The notes under the pieces are model-generated. The model was not told where the DNA came from. It saw nothing but the letters and a program-made list of their open reading frames with translations, and searched no databases. A program made the position numbers and the translations under genes. This document shows, in pieces, positions 1-10,174 of a stretch of DNA of 64,000 bases. Source of the DNA: Candidatus Omnitrophota bacterium (lineage in GTDB: Bacteria > Omnitrophota > Gorgyraeia > Zapsychrales > Fredricksoniimonadaceae). Where the stretch lies: positions 1,875 through 65,874 of the forward strand of contig CAJARJ010000009.1 in assembly GCA_903944345.1 (NCBI GenBank), written 5' to 3'. Within the stretch, counting starts at the first letter, position 1, and each line of letters begins with the position of its first letter.

Positions 1-1717
1 CCATAACCTCAGACCCGGTTGAAAGCTTGAGAGCCTGCCGGGCATGATCCTGAACATCCGCATACCGCAAAGATCGCACCGCACGCTTAATAAGAGGAAT
101 GCTGGATGGCGACATGCTAAAAGAATCAACCCCCAACCCCAGAAGTATCGCGGCAAGTGTTGGATCAGAAGCCATTTCCCCGCACACACTAACCTTTATG
201 CCGGCATCATGAGCGGCACTGACAGTCCGCCTGATCAAACGCAAGACAGCCGGATGAGCAGGTTCATAAAAATGAGCCATCTTTTCATTCGCGCGGTCAA
301 CTGCCAAAGTATATTGAATCAAGTCATTGGTTCCAATAGAAAAGAAGTCAACTTCATGTGCCAGAACATCGGCAGTCATCGCCGCCGCCGGAACTTCAAT
401 CATAACCCCTACAGGCATGGCCTCGTTAAAAGGGATATTCTTATCGCGCAGGCGCTGCTTGACTCCCTTAAGAATCCCGTTAGCCGCGCGCAGTTCACCG
501 GCTCCCGCAATCATTGGATACATCATCATAATATTGCCGTGTGCCGATGCCCTCAGGATGGCACGAAGCTGGGTACGAAATATTTCCTGTTCTTCAAGGC
601 ACAACCGTATAGCCCGGGAACCAAGAAAAGGCATCATTTCCTTAGGTAACTGGATGCTGGAAATAAACTTGTCTCCTCCCAAGTCCAGAGTCCTTATGAC
701 CACTGGATGCGGGGCCATAGCAACAGCAATCTGGCGATAAGCATTGTACTGTTCTTCTTCGGATGGCAAATCCAGCCGGTTCATATAAAAAAATTCAGTT
801 CGATAAAGACCAATCCCCTGTGCGCCGTACTTCTGAACAGCCGGCAACTCGCCATAAAGCTCAAAATTGGCCAACAACTTGACTTCATGCAAATCGGTCG
901 TCTCGGCAGGAGAATTGACAATATTATGGAACAGCCCCTCGAGCTTGGAGATTTTTTCTTTTTCTCTCTGGTAAAGACGCTTCGTTTCCTCGGTGGGATT
1001 GACGATAACCACACCTTTGCGGCCGTCGATGATCACCTCATCCTGATTGCTGATGCGCAAAGTTGCATCCTTGAGCCCAAGCACAGCAGGAACCCCTAAT
1101 GACTTGGCGATAATCGCGGTATGTGCCGTCTGGCCACCAATATCAGTCAGAAAAGCCAGGACTTTTTTGTTGTACATGCTGACCGCATCAGAGGGGGAAA
1201 TATCATGGGCCACAACAACAATATCCCCTGCCAGAACATCCAGATCATGCAGATGCGATTCACCCATAAGATGCTTGAGAACGCGGCGACCTATATCAGA
1301 AACATCAGCAGAACGTTCCTTGATATAATTATCCTGAATCTTTTCGAAAATTTCGATATAGCGCTTGAGGATACGCGAAAAAGCGTACTCAACACAAATC
1401 TTGTCCTGGCGGATGCTTTTCTTGACTTCATCAATAAGCATACAGTCTTCAAGAACCAGCAAATGGGCATCAAAAATCTGGGCATCGGTACCACCGACTT
1501 CCCGGGAAATCTTTTCCTTGATGTTCTGGATCTCCAACTTGGTATGCATGATCGCCTCATCGAAACGGGCAATCTCGACCACAATCTCCTCGTTAAGAAT
1601 AGTTCGTTCGGGAACAATAAAGTCCTGATGATCCAACAAAAACGCAGGCCCCTGAGCTATACCAGGAGCCGCCGCAATCCCTTTAAGAACCCATTCTGAC
1701 TTATTCTTCTTTGCCAA
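1..1717 (-). CDS. ptsI: phosphoenolpyruvate-protein phosphotransferase (PTS enzyme I); N-terminal ~570 codons only, C-terminus lies beyond the window start
   Basis: The minus strand is open across 1..1717 with no in-window stop, and the plus-strand ORFs here are antisense artefacts. My own translation gives [49 protein letters not shown] and [16 protein letters not shown], which are EI hallmark blocks. The probable start is TTG at 1717, preceded by GGAGG, overlapping the last codons of ptsH. Confidence 0.85.
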   Translation of the reverse strand, partial: MAKKNKSEWVLKGIAAAPGIAQGPAFLLDHQDFIVPERTILNEEIVVEIARFDEAIMHTKLEIQNIKEKISREVGGTDAQIFDAHLLVLEDCMLIDEVKKSIRQDKICVEYAFSRILKRYIEIFEKIQDNYIKERSADVSDIGRRVLKHLMGESHLHDLDVLAGDIVVVAHDISPSDAVSMYNKKVLAFLTDIGGQTAHTAIIAKSLGVPAVLGLKDATLRISNQDEVIIDGRKGVVIVNPTEETKRLYQREKEKISKLEGLFHNIVNSPAETTDLHEVKLLANFELYGELPAVQKYGAQGIGLYRTEFFYMNRLDLPSEEEQYNAYRQIAVAMAPHPVVIRTLDLGGDKFISSIQLPKEMMPFLGSRAIRLCLEEQEIFRTQLRAILRASAHGNIMMMYPMIAGAGELRAANGILKGVKQRLRDKNIPFNEAMPVGVMIEVPAAAMTADVLAHEVDFFSIGTNDLIQYTLAVDRANEKMAHFYEPAHPAVLRLIRRTVSAAHDAGIKVSVCGEMASDPTLAAILLGLGVDSFSMSPSSIPLIKRAVRSLRYADVQDHARQALKLSTGSEVM

Positions 1718-1970
1718 GAAAAGCCTCCAGTTCCATGAACGCCTGATCAGCATCCGGCCCCTCAACTCGCAAAACAATCTCACAACCGTTATCAGCCCCA
1801 AGCATTAATATACCCATGATTGACTTGCCATTAATGTCTTCATTATCCTTTGTAACCGTAACCGTCGACTGGTAACGATTGGCAATCTGCACAAACATGG
1901 CCGCTGGACGAGCATGCAGGCCTTGACGACTTTTAACAATCACTTTTTGCTCAAGTATGGGCATAAACAC
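1701..1970 (-). CDS. ptsH: phosphocarrier protein HPr
   Basis: 89-aa ORF with the HPr active-site region [14 protein letters not shown]. It lies immediately upstream of ptsI and is translationally coupled to it. Confidence 0.9.
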   Translation of the reverse strand: MFMPILEQKVIVKSRQGLHARPAAMFVQIANRYQSTVTVTKDNEDINGKSIMGILMLGADNGCEIVLRVEGPDADQAFMELEAFLGKEE

Positions 1971-1973
1971 ACC

Positions 1974-3218
1974 TTATCGACGGATAACCGGTCGTTTTTC
2001 AATAACCTTGATCAAAGCCTGTGTCAGCTTATGCGCGTCATGACGCACATAATCAAAAATCCCGACCACATCTTCAGAGAAAACAAGATACCCCAAAGAA
2101 CGAATCGCGTCAACATCAGCCGCAACCGGGAATGAATTCTCATTCTTATAACGCTCCAGTGCCTCAGGAACACTAATCGTTGTTGAATTGAGCAAAACCG
2201 CATCAAGGATGTCCGGACGAGTGTGCTTGACAATCGCACGAACATGGTCAGCCGCTGATAACCCTTCGGTCTCCCCGGGCTGCGTCATGACATTACATAT
2301 ATAAATCTTGAAAGCCTTTGATGCGGCAAGAGCTTCCGATATCCCTTTGATAACAAGATTCGGAATAACACTTGTATAGAGACTTCCTGGACCCAAAATG
2401 ATGACATCGGCCTCTTCCAGAGCTTTTAACGCCTCGGCAGTGGGTGCAACATCCAGCGGCTTGAGAAATAGCTGGTCTATTTTTACGCCGGGACGAGGAA
2501 TTGAAGCCTCTCCTTCGGTAATACGTCCGTCACAATAACGAGCTACCAGGTGCACATTGTCCACGGTTGAAGGGACAACTTTACCTCTTATCGCCAGGAC
2601 ATGACTGGTCAGTTCAACAGCACGCTGAAAATCTCTGCCGGCAACCTCATAAAGCGCAGTCAGAAAAAGATTACCAAAATTATGTCCTTTAAGCTCGGAG
2701 CGTTCAGGAAAACGATACTGAAAAAGGTCTCCCATCAACGCCGGGGCATCCGCCAGGGCAACCAGACAATTACGAATATCTCCAGGGGCGACAATATTAA
2801 ACTGCTCTCGCAAACGCCCCGAAGAACCACCGCTGTCGGCGACCGTAACAATCGCCGTGATATTGGCAGAATATTCTTTCAATGCCAGCAACAAATTGGA
2901 AAGCCCGTGGCCTCCTCCGATAGCAACAATCTTCGGGCCACGCTCAAGAAAACGCTTCTGATACAAAATATCGACAAGATCCTTGTCTTTCTGAGGCATC
3001 AAAAGAGAAACAAGGGACACCGCCATTTTGACAATGCCGATAACAATAAAAACAAGACCGCATGAAATAATAATGAAACCAAAGAGGCTAACGAAACGAT
3101 AGGGGCTGGCGACAAAATACGAACCGGCAGAAACAACAAGAACACCAAGCAATGCCGCCAAAAGCCAACGCTTGACTTGCATCCCAGGATAAAACCACTT
3201 TAAAAATTTTTTGGACAT
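1974..3218 (-). CDS. YvcK/UPF0052 (CofD-like) gluconeogenesis-factor family protein with an N-terminal membrane anchor
   Basis: 414 aa. Two predicted TM helices are followed by IVAIGGGHGLSNLL...TAIVTVADSGGSSGRLR, typical of the YvcK/CofD fold. Stop is 4 nt from the ptsH start. Confidence 0.7.
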   Translation of the reverse strand: MSKKFLKWFYPGMQVKRWLLAALLGVLVVSAGSYFVASPYRFVSLFGFIIISCGLVFIVIGIVKMAVSLVSLLMPQKDKDLVDILYQKRFLERGPKIVAIGGGHGLSNLLLALKEYSANITAIVTVADSGGSSGRLREQFNIVAPGDIRNCLVALADAPALMGDLFQYRFPERSELKGHNFGNLFLTALYEVAGRDFQRAVELTSHVLAIRGKVVPSTVDNVHLVARYCDGRITEGEASIPRPGVKIDQLFLKPLDVAPTAEALKALEEADVIILGPGSLYTSVIPNLVIKGISEALAASKAFKIYICNVMTQPGETEGLSAADHVRAIVKHTRPDILDAVLLNSTTISVPEALERYKNENSFPVAADVDAIRSLGYLVFSEDVVGIFDYVRHDAHKLTQALIKVIEKRPVIRR

Positions 3219-3282
3219 TTAGCTCTTCAAACCCGGACCAGAAAAGATAAAAACGGCAAGGGCAATGAAACGCATGCTATGA

Positions 3283-3753
3283 CTAATTTAAACGGGCGTC
3301 CTCACGAGAAATAAGATCGAGAATGTCCTTCCTGTCTTTGACAGCACGCAAGCTATCACGGAAATACTTGTCTTTCAAAAGACGGGAAACTCTGGCCAAA
3401 GCCTTCAAGTGGGGACCAGCAGAGTCTACGGGGGCAGCCAGGATAAAGAAAATATGAGCAGGCTCACCATCTAAAGCATCAAAATCAATCCCCTTTTTGC
3501 TGATACCCAGACCAGCTATTAATTTATCAACACAATCGGTCTTGCCATGAGGGATAGCAATCCCCTGTCCAATAGCTGTGGAACCAAGGGCTTCTCTGGC
3601 CATAAAAACATCAATGATCTTGTTCTTGTTCTTTTTTTCGAAAGCTCCTGCCTCTACCATCATCGAAGTCATCTCTTCAATCAACTCTTTTTTAGTAGTA
3701 GCTTTCAGATCCGCAGTGACTGCATCAGCACAAAGAAAATCAAGAATCTTCAT
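3283..3753 (-). CDS. ptsN: PTS EIIA-Ntr-like nitrogen regulatory protein (fructose/mannitol-type IIA domain)
   Basis: 156 aa with the GIAIPHGK phosphorylatable His loop of PTS EIIA-2 domains. It heads the ptsN / yvcK-like / ptsH / ptsI string. No EIIB/C is present, so this is a regulatory PTS. Confidence 0.75.
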   Translation of the reverse strand: MKILDFLCADAVTADLKATTKKELIEEMTSMMVEAGAFEKKNKNKIIDVFMAREALGSTAIGQGIAIPHGKTDCVDKLIAGLGISKKGIDFDALDGEPAHIFFILAAPVDSAGPHLKALARVSRLLKDKYFRDSLRAVKDRKDILDLISREDARLN

Positions 3754-3785
3754 ATATCTGAACTTCTCCTTTAAATTAAAATAAA

Positions 3786-3859
3786 AGCGGCGGAAGGGGC
3801 TCGAACCCTCGACATCGACCTTGGCAAGGTCGCATTCTAGCCAACTGAATTACCGCCGC
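3786..3859 (-). tRNA. tRNA-Gly (anticodon GCC)
   Basis: Hand-folded cloverleaf. Acceptor GCGGCGG/CCGCCGC, anticodon stem CGACC/GGTCG with loop TTGCCAA, T-arm GAGGG-TTCGAGC-CCCTT, discriminator T. CCA is not encoded. The six-frame ORF 3914..4099 over this area is spurious. Confidence 0.85.
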
Positions 3860-3954
3860 ATAAAAGACTAAATGAATAATGAAATTAGAAATTTATTCTA
3901 GCATCAACATCAATCATGTCAACATAAAGAAAGAATAAGCTTTGTTACTGATAA

Positions 3955-4036
3955 TGGGCGAGAGAGGACTTGAACCTCCATGAGTTGCCTCACCAGATCC
4001 TAAGTCTGGCGCGTCTGCCAGTTTCGCCACTCGCCC
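3955..4036 (-). tRNA. tRNA-Leu (anticodon TAG), long variable arm
   Basis: Acceptor GGGCGAG/CTCGCCC, anticodon loop CTTAGGA (TAG), variable arm GAGGCAACTCATGG, T-arm GGAGG-TTCAAGT-CCTCT, discriminator A. Confidence 0.85.
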
Positions 4037-4069
4037 GCAGCAATACTTGAACGGCCAGAAAAAAAAGAG

Positions 4070-4142
4070 TGACCCACCCGCGACTCGAACGCGGCACACC
4101 AGCCTTAAAAGGGCTGTGCTCTACCAGATGAGCTAGTGGGTC
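4070..4142 (-). tRNA. tRNA-Lys (anticodon TTT)
   Basis: Acceptor GACCCAC/GTGGGTC, D-arm GCTC..GAGC, anticodon stem CAGCC/GGCTG with loop CTTTTAA, T-arm CCGCG-TTCGAGT-CGCGG, discriminator A. Confidence 0.85.
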
Positions 4143-4166
4143 TAATATTTAAAAGAACAAACAAAA

Positions 4167-4727
4167 TCAAAGAGTCAGCAATTCCTTATTTTTCCGTTCA
4201 AGCATCACGTCAACATCTTTAATAAAACGATCCGTCAACTTCTGAATATCTTCCTGGGCCTTGAAGCTCAAATCCTCGGAAACGGCACTGTCTTTATGCA
4301 GTTTAACAATACGCTCGTTGGCCTCGCGCCTGATTGTTCGCAAAGTGATCCTGCCCTTCTCGGCCATATCTTTCACAACCTTGGCCATTTCCTTGCGCCT
4401 TTCTTCAGAAAGAGGCGGGATGGACAAACGAATAACTTTGCCGTCATTGTTGGGGGTGATCCCCAGCTTTGAACCCAAAATAGCTTTTTCTATCTCAGCA
4501 AGAGCTGAAGGATCCCAAGCCTGAATAAGTAAAGTCGAAGGATCCGGAGACACCACACTGGCCACCTGTTTGACCGGAGTCATGGTGCCATAGTAGTCAA
4601 TATGCATATCCTCAACTAACGAAGGCTGGGCCCGTCCAGTCCGGACTTCGGCAAATTCGCGTGACAAAGCCTCTTCGGCTTTTTTCATTAAACTTTCAGT
4701 CTGCGAAATAACACCTTTTACCGGCAT
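4167..4727 (-). CDS. frr: ribosome recycling factor
   Basis: 186 aa with typical Frr sequence throughout, lying in the frr-pyrH-tsf-rpsB cluster. Confidence 0.9.
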   Translation of the reverse strand: MPVKGVISQTESLMKKAEEALSREFAEVRTGRAQPSLVEDMHIDYYGTMTPVKQVASVVSPDPSTLLIQAWDPSALAEIEKAILGSKLGITPNNDGKVIRLSIPPLSEERRKEMAKVVKDMAEKGRITLRTIRREANERIVKLHKDSAVSEDLSFKAQEDIQKLTDRFIKDVDVMLERKNKELLTL

Positions 4728-4739
4728 AATCTCCCCCCC

Positions 4740-5462
4740 TTAACTGACAATCGTACCAATCGCTTCGCCGAGAGCAGCCTTTTTAATATTGCCTGTCTGA
4801 TTCAAATTAAAAACCAATATGGGCAAATTATTATCCATGCACATGCTGATAGCAGTTGAATCCATGACCTTCAAATCCTGATTTAGAACTTCGATAAATT
4901 TAAGTTTATCGTATTTCCTGGCATTCTTGTCTTTAAACGGATCTGCCGAATAAACACCGTCAACCTTCGTGGCCTTCATAATAATCTCGGCCTTAATTTC
5001 ACTTGCCCGCAAAGCCGCAGCAGTATCTGTCGTAAAAAATGGATTCCCGGTGCCCGCAACAAAAATAACGACCCGGCCTTTTTCCAGATGACGCATGGCC
5101 CGTCTGACAATATAAGGCTCAGCGACTTCCTTGATCTCAATTGCCGTCATGACTCTGGTGGGAACCCCCAACTGTTCCAGAGCATTCTGCAAGGCCAAAC
5201 CGTTGAGAACAGTAGCCAGCATCCCCATATAATCTGCAACAGACCGATCTAAACCGAATCTTTTTGTCTCAATGCCACCACGAAAAATATTGCCACCGCC
5301 TACGACAAGAGCAAGCTGAACCCCCATCTGCCAGACATCTCTTATCTGTGTAGCAAAAGAAACACAAGTATCAACATCAATGCCGTGTTCACTGGAACCC
5401 TGCAGAGCTTCACCGCTCAGTTTCAAGAGTATTCTTTTGTATGCAGGCGTTTCTTTAACCAC
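4740..5462 (-). CDS. pyrH: UMP kinase
   Basis: Carries the UMP-kinase blocks [13 protein letters not shown] and [10 protein letters not shown]. The ORF track extends it to 5519 via a TTG, which would overlap tsf. A GTG at 5462 ([18 protein letters not shown]) gives a normal ~240-aa protein lying 19 nt after the tsf stop. Confidence 0.88.
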   Translation of the reverse strand: MVKETPAYKRILLKLSGEALQGSSEHGIDVDTCVSFATQIRDVWQMGVQLALVVGGGNIFRGGIETKRFGLDRSVADYMGMLATVLNGLALQNALEQLGVPTRVMTAIEIKEVAEPYIVRRAMRHLEKGRVVIFVAGTGNPFFTTDTAAALRASEIKAEIIMKATKVDGVYSADPFKDKNARKYDKLKFIEVLNQDLKVMDSTAISMCMDNNLPILVFNLNQTGNIKKAALGEAIGTIVS

Positions 5463-5481
5463 TTTACAGACCTTGTCTGGC

Positions 5482-6000
5482 TTATTCGCCGATCTTGAAA
5501 CGGATAAAACGTCCGACAACTATATTTTCACCCATCTTAGCAACCAATTCATTAAGCAAATCCTGAATGGTCTTTGACGGTTCCTTGACAAACGGCTGCT
5601 CAAGAAGAACAACCGTCTTGAAAAAGGCTTCTTTATCTTCCTCGGCAGATACCAGAGCCTCCGGGACATCTTCTCTGCGCACAAACTTGGGGGTCATGGC
5701 GGCAACGTGCATGGCCACTTCCTTAGCGAAAGCTGCAAACGCATCGTTACGAGCAACAAAATCAGTTTCGCAATTAACTTCGAGCAAAACACCTAACTTG
5801 TTACCGTTATGGATATAGGTTTCGATGCGACCTTCGTTGGCAACACGCGATGACTTCTTAAGCGCCATCTGTAAACCACGCTCACGTAAAATAGCTTTGG
5901 CCTTCTGCAAGTCACCGTTGGCTTCCGACAAAGCTTTTTTGCAATCAATAATACCGCAATTAGTTAATTCTCTGAGCTCTTTAATAGCATCCAACGACAT
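5482..6000 (-). CDS. tsf: elongation factor Ts (short form, 172 aa)
   Basis: N-terminal UBA-like block [22 protein letters not shown] and C-terminal ...[28 protein letters not shown] 8 nt upstream. Confidence 0.8.
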   Translation of the reverse strand: MSLDAIKELRELTNCGIIDCKKALSEANGDLQKAKAILRERGLQMALKKSSRVANEGRIETYIHNGNKLGVLLEVNCETDFVARNDAFAAFAKEVAMHVAAMTPKFVRREDVPEALVSAEEDKEAFFKTVVLLEQPFVKEPSKTIQDLLNELVAKMGENIVVGRFIRFKIGE

Positions 6001-6004
6001 CGTA

Positions 6005-6913
6005 TTACTCCCTTTCAGATCCCTTTTTAACCGGCTTCTTCAAATCTTTTGGCTTGGAAGCTGTAACTGACTCCACATAAACATCAAGATCAGGAGAAAG
6101 GCTCTCTTTGATAACCTCAGGAATCACGGTGTCTACGGCCACAACAGCAGCAGGATCTGCAGCAACGGCAACGCCCTCCGCCACAGTCTCCTGGGCAGGT
6201 TGGGATGCCTTTCCTTTGTCAGCACCAGAGAATTCTTTACGCCCTTCGATAATGCCATCAACAATGAATGATGTGATCAAACGGATCGACTTAACAGCAT
6301 CATCATTGGCCGGAACAGGGAAATTGATCAAATCCGGGTCACTGTTAGTGTCAATCATGGCAACAATCGGTATGCCTAAACGATTAGCTTCACGAACAGC
6401 AATCTCTTCTTTCTTGACATCGACAACAAACATAATATCCGGAGCACCGTTAAGATCACGAATACCACCCAGATCATTGACAAGACGCGACTTCTCTTTG
6501 TTAAGCAAAGAAACTTCTTTCTTGGTCAAACGAGAAAATGTCCCGTCCTTCTCCATACGCTCAATATCCTGAAGCTTGCGAATAGATTTCTTGACCGTGT
6601 CGAAATTTGTAAGCAATCCACCCATCCAACGGCTGTTCACATAAAACATACCCGCCCGAACCGCTTCATCGCGAACCACTTCCTGAGCCTGCTTTTTGGT
6701 GCCGACAAACAAGAACTTGGCCCCCTTGGCAGCAGCTCCGCGAACAAAGTCGCGGGCAAGATTAAGACAGTCGGCGGTCTGCTCGAGATCGATAATATAA
6801 ATCCCTCCGCGATCACCAAAAATGAACTTTTTCATCTTCGGATTCCAGCGACGGGTCTGGTGACCAAAATGCACTCCGGCTTCCAAAAGTTTCTTTACTA
6901 ATTCGGTAGTCAT
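6005..6913 (-). CDS. rpsB: 30S ribosomal protein S2 with an ~70-aa Ala/Val/Asp/Lys-rich C-terminal extension
   Basis: Conserved S2 blocks include [15 protein letters not shown] and [30 protein letters not shown]. The ORF track starts at 7012, but the ATG at 6913 (MTTELVKK) has AAGGAG 6 nt upstream and matches canonical S2 N-termini. Confidence 0.9.
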   Translation of the reverse strand: MTTELVKKLLEAGVHFGHQTRRWNPKMKKFIFGDRGGIYIIDLEQTADCLNLARDFVRGAAAKGAKFLFVGTKKQAQEVVRDEAVRAGMFYVNSRWMGGLLTNFDTVKKSIRKLQDIERMEKDGTFSRLTKKEVSLLNKEKSRLVNDLGGIRDLNGAPDIMFVVDVKKEEIAVREANRLGIPIVAMIDTNSDPDLINFPVPANDDAVKSIRLITSFIVDGIIEGRKEFSGADKGKASQPAQETVAEGVAVAADPAAVVAVDTVIPEVIKESLSPDLDVYVESVTASKPKDLKKPVKKGSERE

Positions 6914-7070
6914 AAACATCTCCTTTTTTGCGTTACTGCCGTATCTGTTACAGAAGTGAAGGCAGTACGGTATTACCGATCGAGGATCGGCTGAAACACA
7001 GATTAACCTCACTTCGTTACGCTGAGCTGTGCTTCATTATTATGAAAAGCTCCGCACCTTGCGGAACAAA
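6914..7070 (-). promoter_or_regulatory. rpsB-tsf 5' leader with three small hairpins
   Basis: Inverted repeats at about 6934-6967 (TACTGCC..GGCAGTA), 6976-6990 (CCGATCGAGGATCGG) and 7051-7065 (TCCGCA-CCT-TGCGGA), inside the 430-bp divergent rpsB/lpxB spacer. S2 operon leaders are commonly autoregulated (established for gammaproteobacteria); here this is structure only. Confidence 0.3.
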
Positions 7071-7255
7071 ATTGTTGCCTAGTATAACCACATCTTTCAA
7101 AAAAAGCAATATTTTAATGTTTATTTGATTTAGATTACCTCGAACAGTTTTCGCCCGTTTCGTTAATCCCGGGAACCCACTTCGAGTTCTACCCACACGC
7201 TTCATGCAAGAACCATAAAATTATCAAAAATACTGCAAAACTTAATTCCATTCTT

Positions 7256-7284
7256 TTGACTTTAAGCAGCAGCTCTGATATTGT
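7256..7284 (+). promoter_or_regulatory. candidate sigma70-type promoter for lpxB
   Basis: TTGACT, then 17 nt, then TATTGT, about 55 nt upstream of the lpxB ATG. Confidence 0.4.
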
Positions 7285-7340
7285 ATCAATCAAATTTACC
7301 CGGACATATCGTTTCATACAGAACATCGCGGAAAGCTCCA

Positions 7341-8495
7341 ATGACGAATCGATCAACCCCACGATTTCTTGTTGTCGCCGGAGAAGAGTCCGGCGATATG
7401 CGCGCCGCCCCCCTGCTTAATGCCATCAAATCCGATTTCCCCAACGCCAGTTTCTTTGGAATCGCAGGAGAGCGCTGCCGAACAGAGGGCGTCGATCTCA
7501 TCGCTGACATCTCCACGCTTTCGGTCATGGGTTTTGTCGAAGTGCTCTACAATCTGCCGCGTATCAAGAACACGTTCGATCTTGTCCTGCGCGCCGCCAA
7601 GGAACGCAAACCGGATGCCGCCATACTGGTCGACTATCCGGGTTTCAATCTCCGTCTGGCGGCTGAACTGCATAAGCTCGGTATTAAAGTATTCTACTAT
7701 GTCAGCCCCCAGGTCTGGGCGTGGAAAGCTTCTCGAATCAAAATCATCAAAAAAGTAGTCGACCGCATGCTGGTTTTGTTCCCTTTTGAAAAAGAACTTT
7801 ACGCCCGCCACAATTATCAGGCCGACTTCGTCGGCCACCCGCTGATCGATGAAGTCCACGCCAGCAAAAACCGTGAAACCTTCCTTAAGGAATTAAAACT
7901 TGACCCGTCCACAAAGGTCGTTGGCCTTCTGCCTGGCTCTCGGCCGAAAGAACTGCATCGCCATCTGCCGGTCATGCTCAAAGCCGCTGCCATTATCAGA
8001 AATGAATTCCCCGAAAGCCAATTTCTCATCCTTAGAGCCAAAAACCTTCCCGAGGCTGCATTCGCAGAATTCATTGCTTCCTCGCCAACGCCAGTAAAGG
8101 TATCGACCGACTATTATAATGCGCTCAACGCCTGTGATGTAACCATGACTGCTTCCGGAACAGCAACCCTGGAAACAGCCCTTATGGAAAAACCTATGGT
8201 AGTTATTTATCAAACCGCATGGTTAACCAGTGTCATTGTCCGATTACTAATCAAAATCCCCTATATCTCTCTTGTCAATATCGTGGCCGGGAAGAAAATA
8301 GTCACTGAACTCCTGCAGGAAAAAGCCTCCCCGGAAAATATCGCCAGCATATTGCTGGACTACCTGCGCGATAATCAGAAAGCAAAAGAAATCAGCCGGG
8401 AAATGCAAATCATTCGGGGAAAACTCGGAGAAAGCGGCGCCAGTAAACGAGCGGCCCGTGTAATATTCGAAGAAATGACAAAAACCAGAGCCTGA
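7341..8495 (+). CDS. lpxB: lipid-A-disaccharide synthase
   Basis: N-terminus RFLVVAGEESGDMRAAPLLNAIK...FFGIAGERC plus GT-B fold blocks. The ORF track starts at a TTG at 7281; the ATG at 7341 (MTNRSTPRFLVVAGE) matches LpxB N-termini. Confidence 0.85.
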   Translation: MTNRSTPRFLVVAGEESGDMRAAPLLNAIKSDFPNASFFGIAGERCRTEGVDLIADISTLSVMGFVEVLYNLPRIKNTFDLVLRAAKERKPDAAILVDYPGFNLRLAAELHKLGIKVFYYVSPQVWAWKASRIKIIKKVVDRMLVLFPFEKELYARHNYQADFVGHPLIDEVHASKNRETFLKELKLDPSTKVVGLLPGSRPKELHRHLPVMLKAAAIIRNEFPESQFLILRAKNLPEAAFAEFIASSPTPVKVSTDYYNALNACDVTMTASGTATLETALMEKPMVVIYQTAWLTSVIVRLLIKIPYISLVNIVAGKKIVTELLQEKASPENIASILLDYLRDNQKAKEISREMQIIRGKLGESGASKRAARVIFEEMTKTRA

Positions 8496-8513
8496 AACCC
8501 GACCACCAGAACG

Positions 8514-8846
8514 CTACTGCCTGAAAAACGCTTCCAGACGAGTCTGGTGTGTATCATCCATCTTGGTAAAATAAATCGCAATTCCCTCACCAGGGGCAAT
8601 ACGTGAAACCCGGGCATGTCCCTGAATGAAATCCCTTGGATCACGCGGAGCAAGCCGGATAACAAAACCCACCAAATCGTTTAATTCCAGATACACACTG
8701 TTCTTGATTGTGATAAAAGCACTTTTAGGAGAAATATCTTTCAACTGCCCCTGCAGGGTCAGTTGCGAACCGATTGTGATCTGCACAGGATAATCCGCAT
8801 TGACACGAGAATCTCCTCGCTGCTCATTAAAAGAAGACGGATTCAT
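8514..8846 (-). CDS. PilZ-domain (c-di-GMP-binding) protein
   Basis: 110 aa with the RxxxR motif (QRGDSR) and a D-x-S-x-x-G-like motif (DISPKS) about 25 residues later, which is the PilZ signature arrangement. Confidence 0.6.
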   Translation of the reverse strand: MNPSSFNEQRGDSRVNADYPVQITIGSQLTLQGQLKDISPKSAFITIKNSVYLELNDLVGFVIRLAPRDPRDFIQGHARVSRIAPGEGIAIYFTKMDDTHQTRLEAFFRQ

Positions 8847-8975
8847 CAGTTGCTCCCTGCTTTTATAAGCTTTATTTCGGGTTCGCTTAAACCCGAATTG
8901 TGCAATAGCCGCTCAATAACGAAAGTGACTTTGGAAGTATAACATTTCAAAAGCATCGCTGCATAAAAATCGCTT

Positions 8976-10067
8976 TTATGTACTCACCTCGCGCAAGAAC
9001 CGCGACTTCCACTGACTCTCGGCCCATTCCCCTTCAGGCGTGGAGTCCCACACAATGCCACCGCCTACGCCCATCTCCCCGTGCCCGTCTTTGACCAGTA
9101 AAGTTCGTATCGGAACATTAAACATCATATCCCTCTGCGGCGATATCCATCCTATTGCCCCGGTATACACTTTTCTTGGGCCAGGCTCGATTCGACGAAT
9201 AATCTTCATGGCCTCGACCTTGGGAGCCCCGGTTACAGATCCCGATGGGAAAAGGGCGCGCAGAAGTTCACTCAGCGGGATATTTTGGGGAACCTGCGCA
9301 TCAACTGTCGAAGTCATCTGAAAAATCGTACGATAGCCGGAAACTTCAAAAAGACGCGGAACATTAACCCCCCGGCCGATACGCCCAAGATCATTACGCA
9401 ATAAATCTGTGATCATCAGGTTCTCCGCACGATTCTTGGCATCAAAGTGCAGCCTTATTCCCCCCAATAAGGCGGAGATTAGCCCTTCGCGCGGCCAGGA
9501 TCCTTTCATTGGCCTAGTGCGCAAATGACTGCCTTTTTTACATACAAACAACTCGGGGGAAAGGGAAAGAACGGTTCCAAACGCAGTCTCCAGATAAGCT
9601 GCATAGGGAACCGGCTGACGCCGCAACAAGCTTCGATAAAGCGCGTAATGTGATCCCCGGACATCAAACAGATATTTCAGACAAAATGTAACCTGGTACA
9701 CATCCCCATCGAGTATATGCCCCCGAATAAGTCCAATATCCCGAAAATACTGTTCTTTGGAAATATCCGGACGCAATCCGGTTACATCAAATAAAGCAGA
9801 CTTTGACACAGCTGGAAGCCAGGACGGTGCAGAAAAGACTCCAAGCGACAAAAGAGGGAAGTCTCCGTGACAAAGGCTGGTAAGACACGGTTCGAGAGCA
9901 TAACCGGCTTCATAGGAAAGAAAGCCGGCAAGAAAATACCCTTTCTGCAAAGCCTGTTCGGCAGAGGCCAGACACAACGGCAACTGCTGCGGCGAATCGC
10001 AGGTAATAATCCTATGCGGCCGCTCAAACAAAAGAGAAGAACCTTCAAACTCTGTAATAATCCGCAC
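8976..10067 (-). CDS. chorismate-binding enzyme, aminodeoxychorismate/anthranilate synthase component I family (short PabB-like form)
   Basis: 363 aa with C-terminal catalytic blocks PSGSVTGAPKVEAMKII, VYTGAIGWIS and GGGIVWDS.E.EW.ES.WK. Confidence 0.7.
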   Translation of the reverse strand: MRIITEFEGSSLLFERPHRIITCDSPQQLPLCLASAEQALQKGYFLAGFLSYEAGYALEPCLTSLCHGDFPLLSLGVFSAPSWLPAVSKSALFDVTGLRPDISKEQYFRDIGLIRGHILDGDVYQVTFCLKYLFDVRGSHYALYRSLLRRQPVPYAAYLETAFGTVLSLSPELFVCKKGSHLRTRPMKGSWPREGLISALLGGIRLHFDAKNRAENLMITDLLRNDLGRIGRGVNVPRLFEVSGYRTIFQMTSTVDAQVPQNIPLSELLRALFPSGSVTGAPKVEAMKIIRRIEPGPRKVYTGAIGWISPQRDMMFNVPIRTLLVKDGHGEMGVGGGIVWDSTPEGEWAESQWKSRFLREVST

Positions 10068-10174
10068 AAAAGAACACCCCTTCCCTTATCAGGGTCTGGA
10101 TGCCTGCCCGTGCAGCACAGGAAAGCTGGACATAACCCGAGCCAGTCAAAACCTTCCTGCAGGAAGCAGGAAAA

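Noticed and set aside
44-1699. Series of plus-strand ORFs (44-649, 327-740, 707-1099, 1047-1328, 1121-1699, 1365-1628)
   Set aside because: They are all antisense to the ptsI reading frame, which has clear enzyme-I motifs. They are open only because the opposite strand is a real gene, and none has recognisable protein features.
3914-4099. 61-aa minus ORF
   Set aside because: It lies across tRNA-Leu and tRNA-Lys, so it is an artefact of the tRNA sequences.
7017-7205. 62-aa minus ORF in the rpsB-lpxB spacer
   Set aside because: It sits in the leader/promoter region and has no RBS or conservation signal. It is treated as non-coding leader.
8877-8898. 8-bp-stem hairpin (TTCGGGTT-CGCTTA-AACCCGAA) between pabB-like and PilZ genes
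   Set aside because: No U-tract follows on either strand, so it cannot be called a terminator. It may be a minor intercistronic structure.
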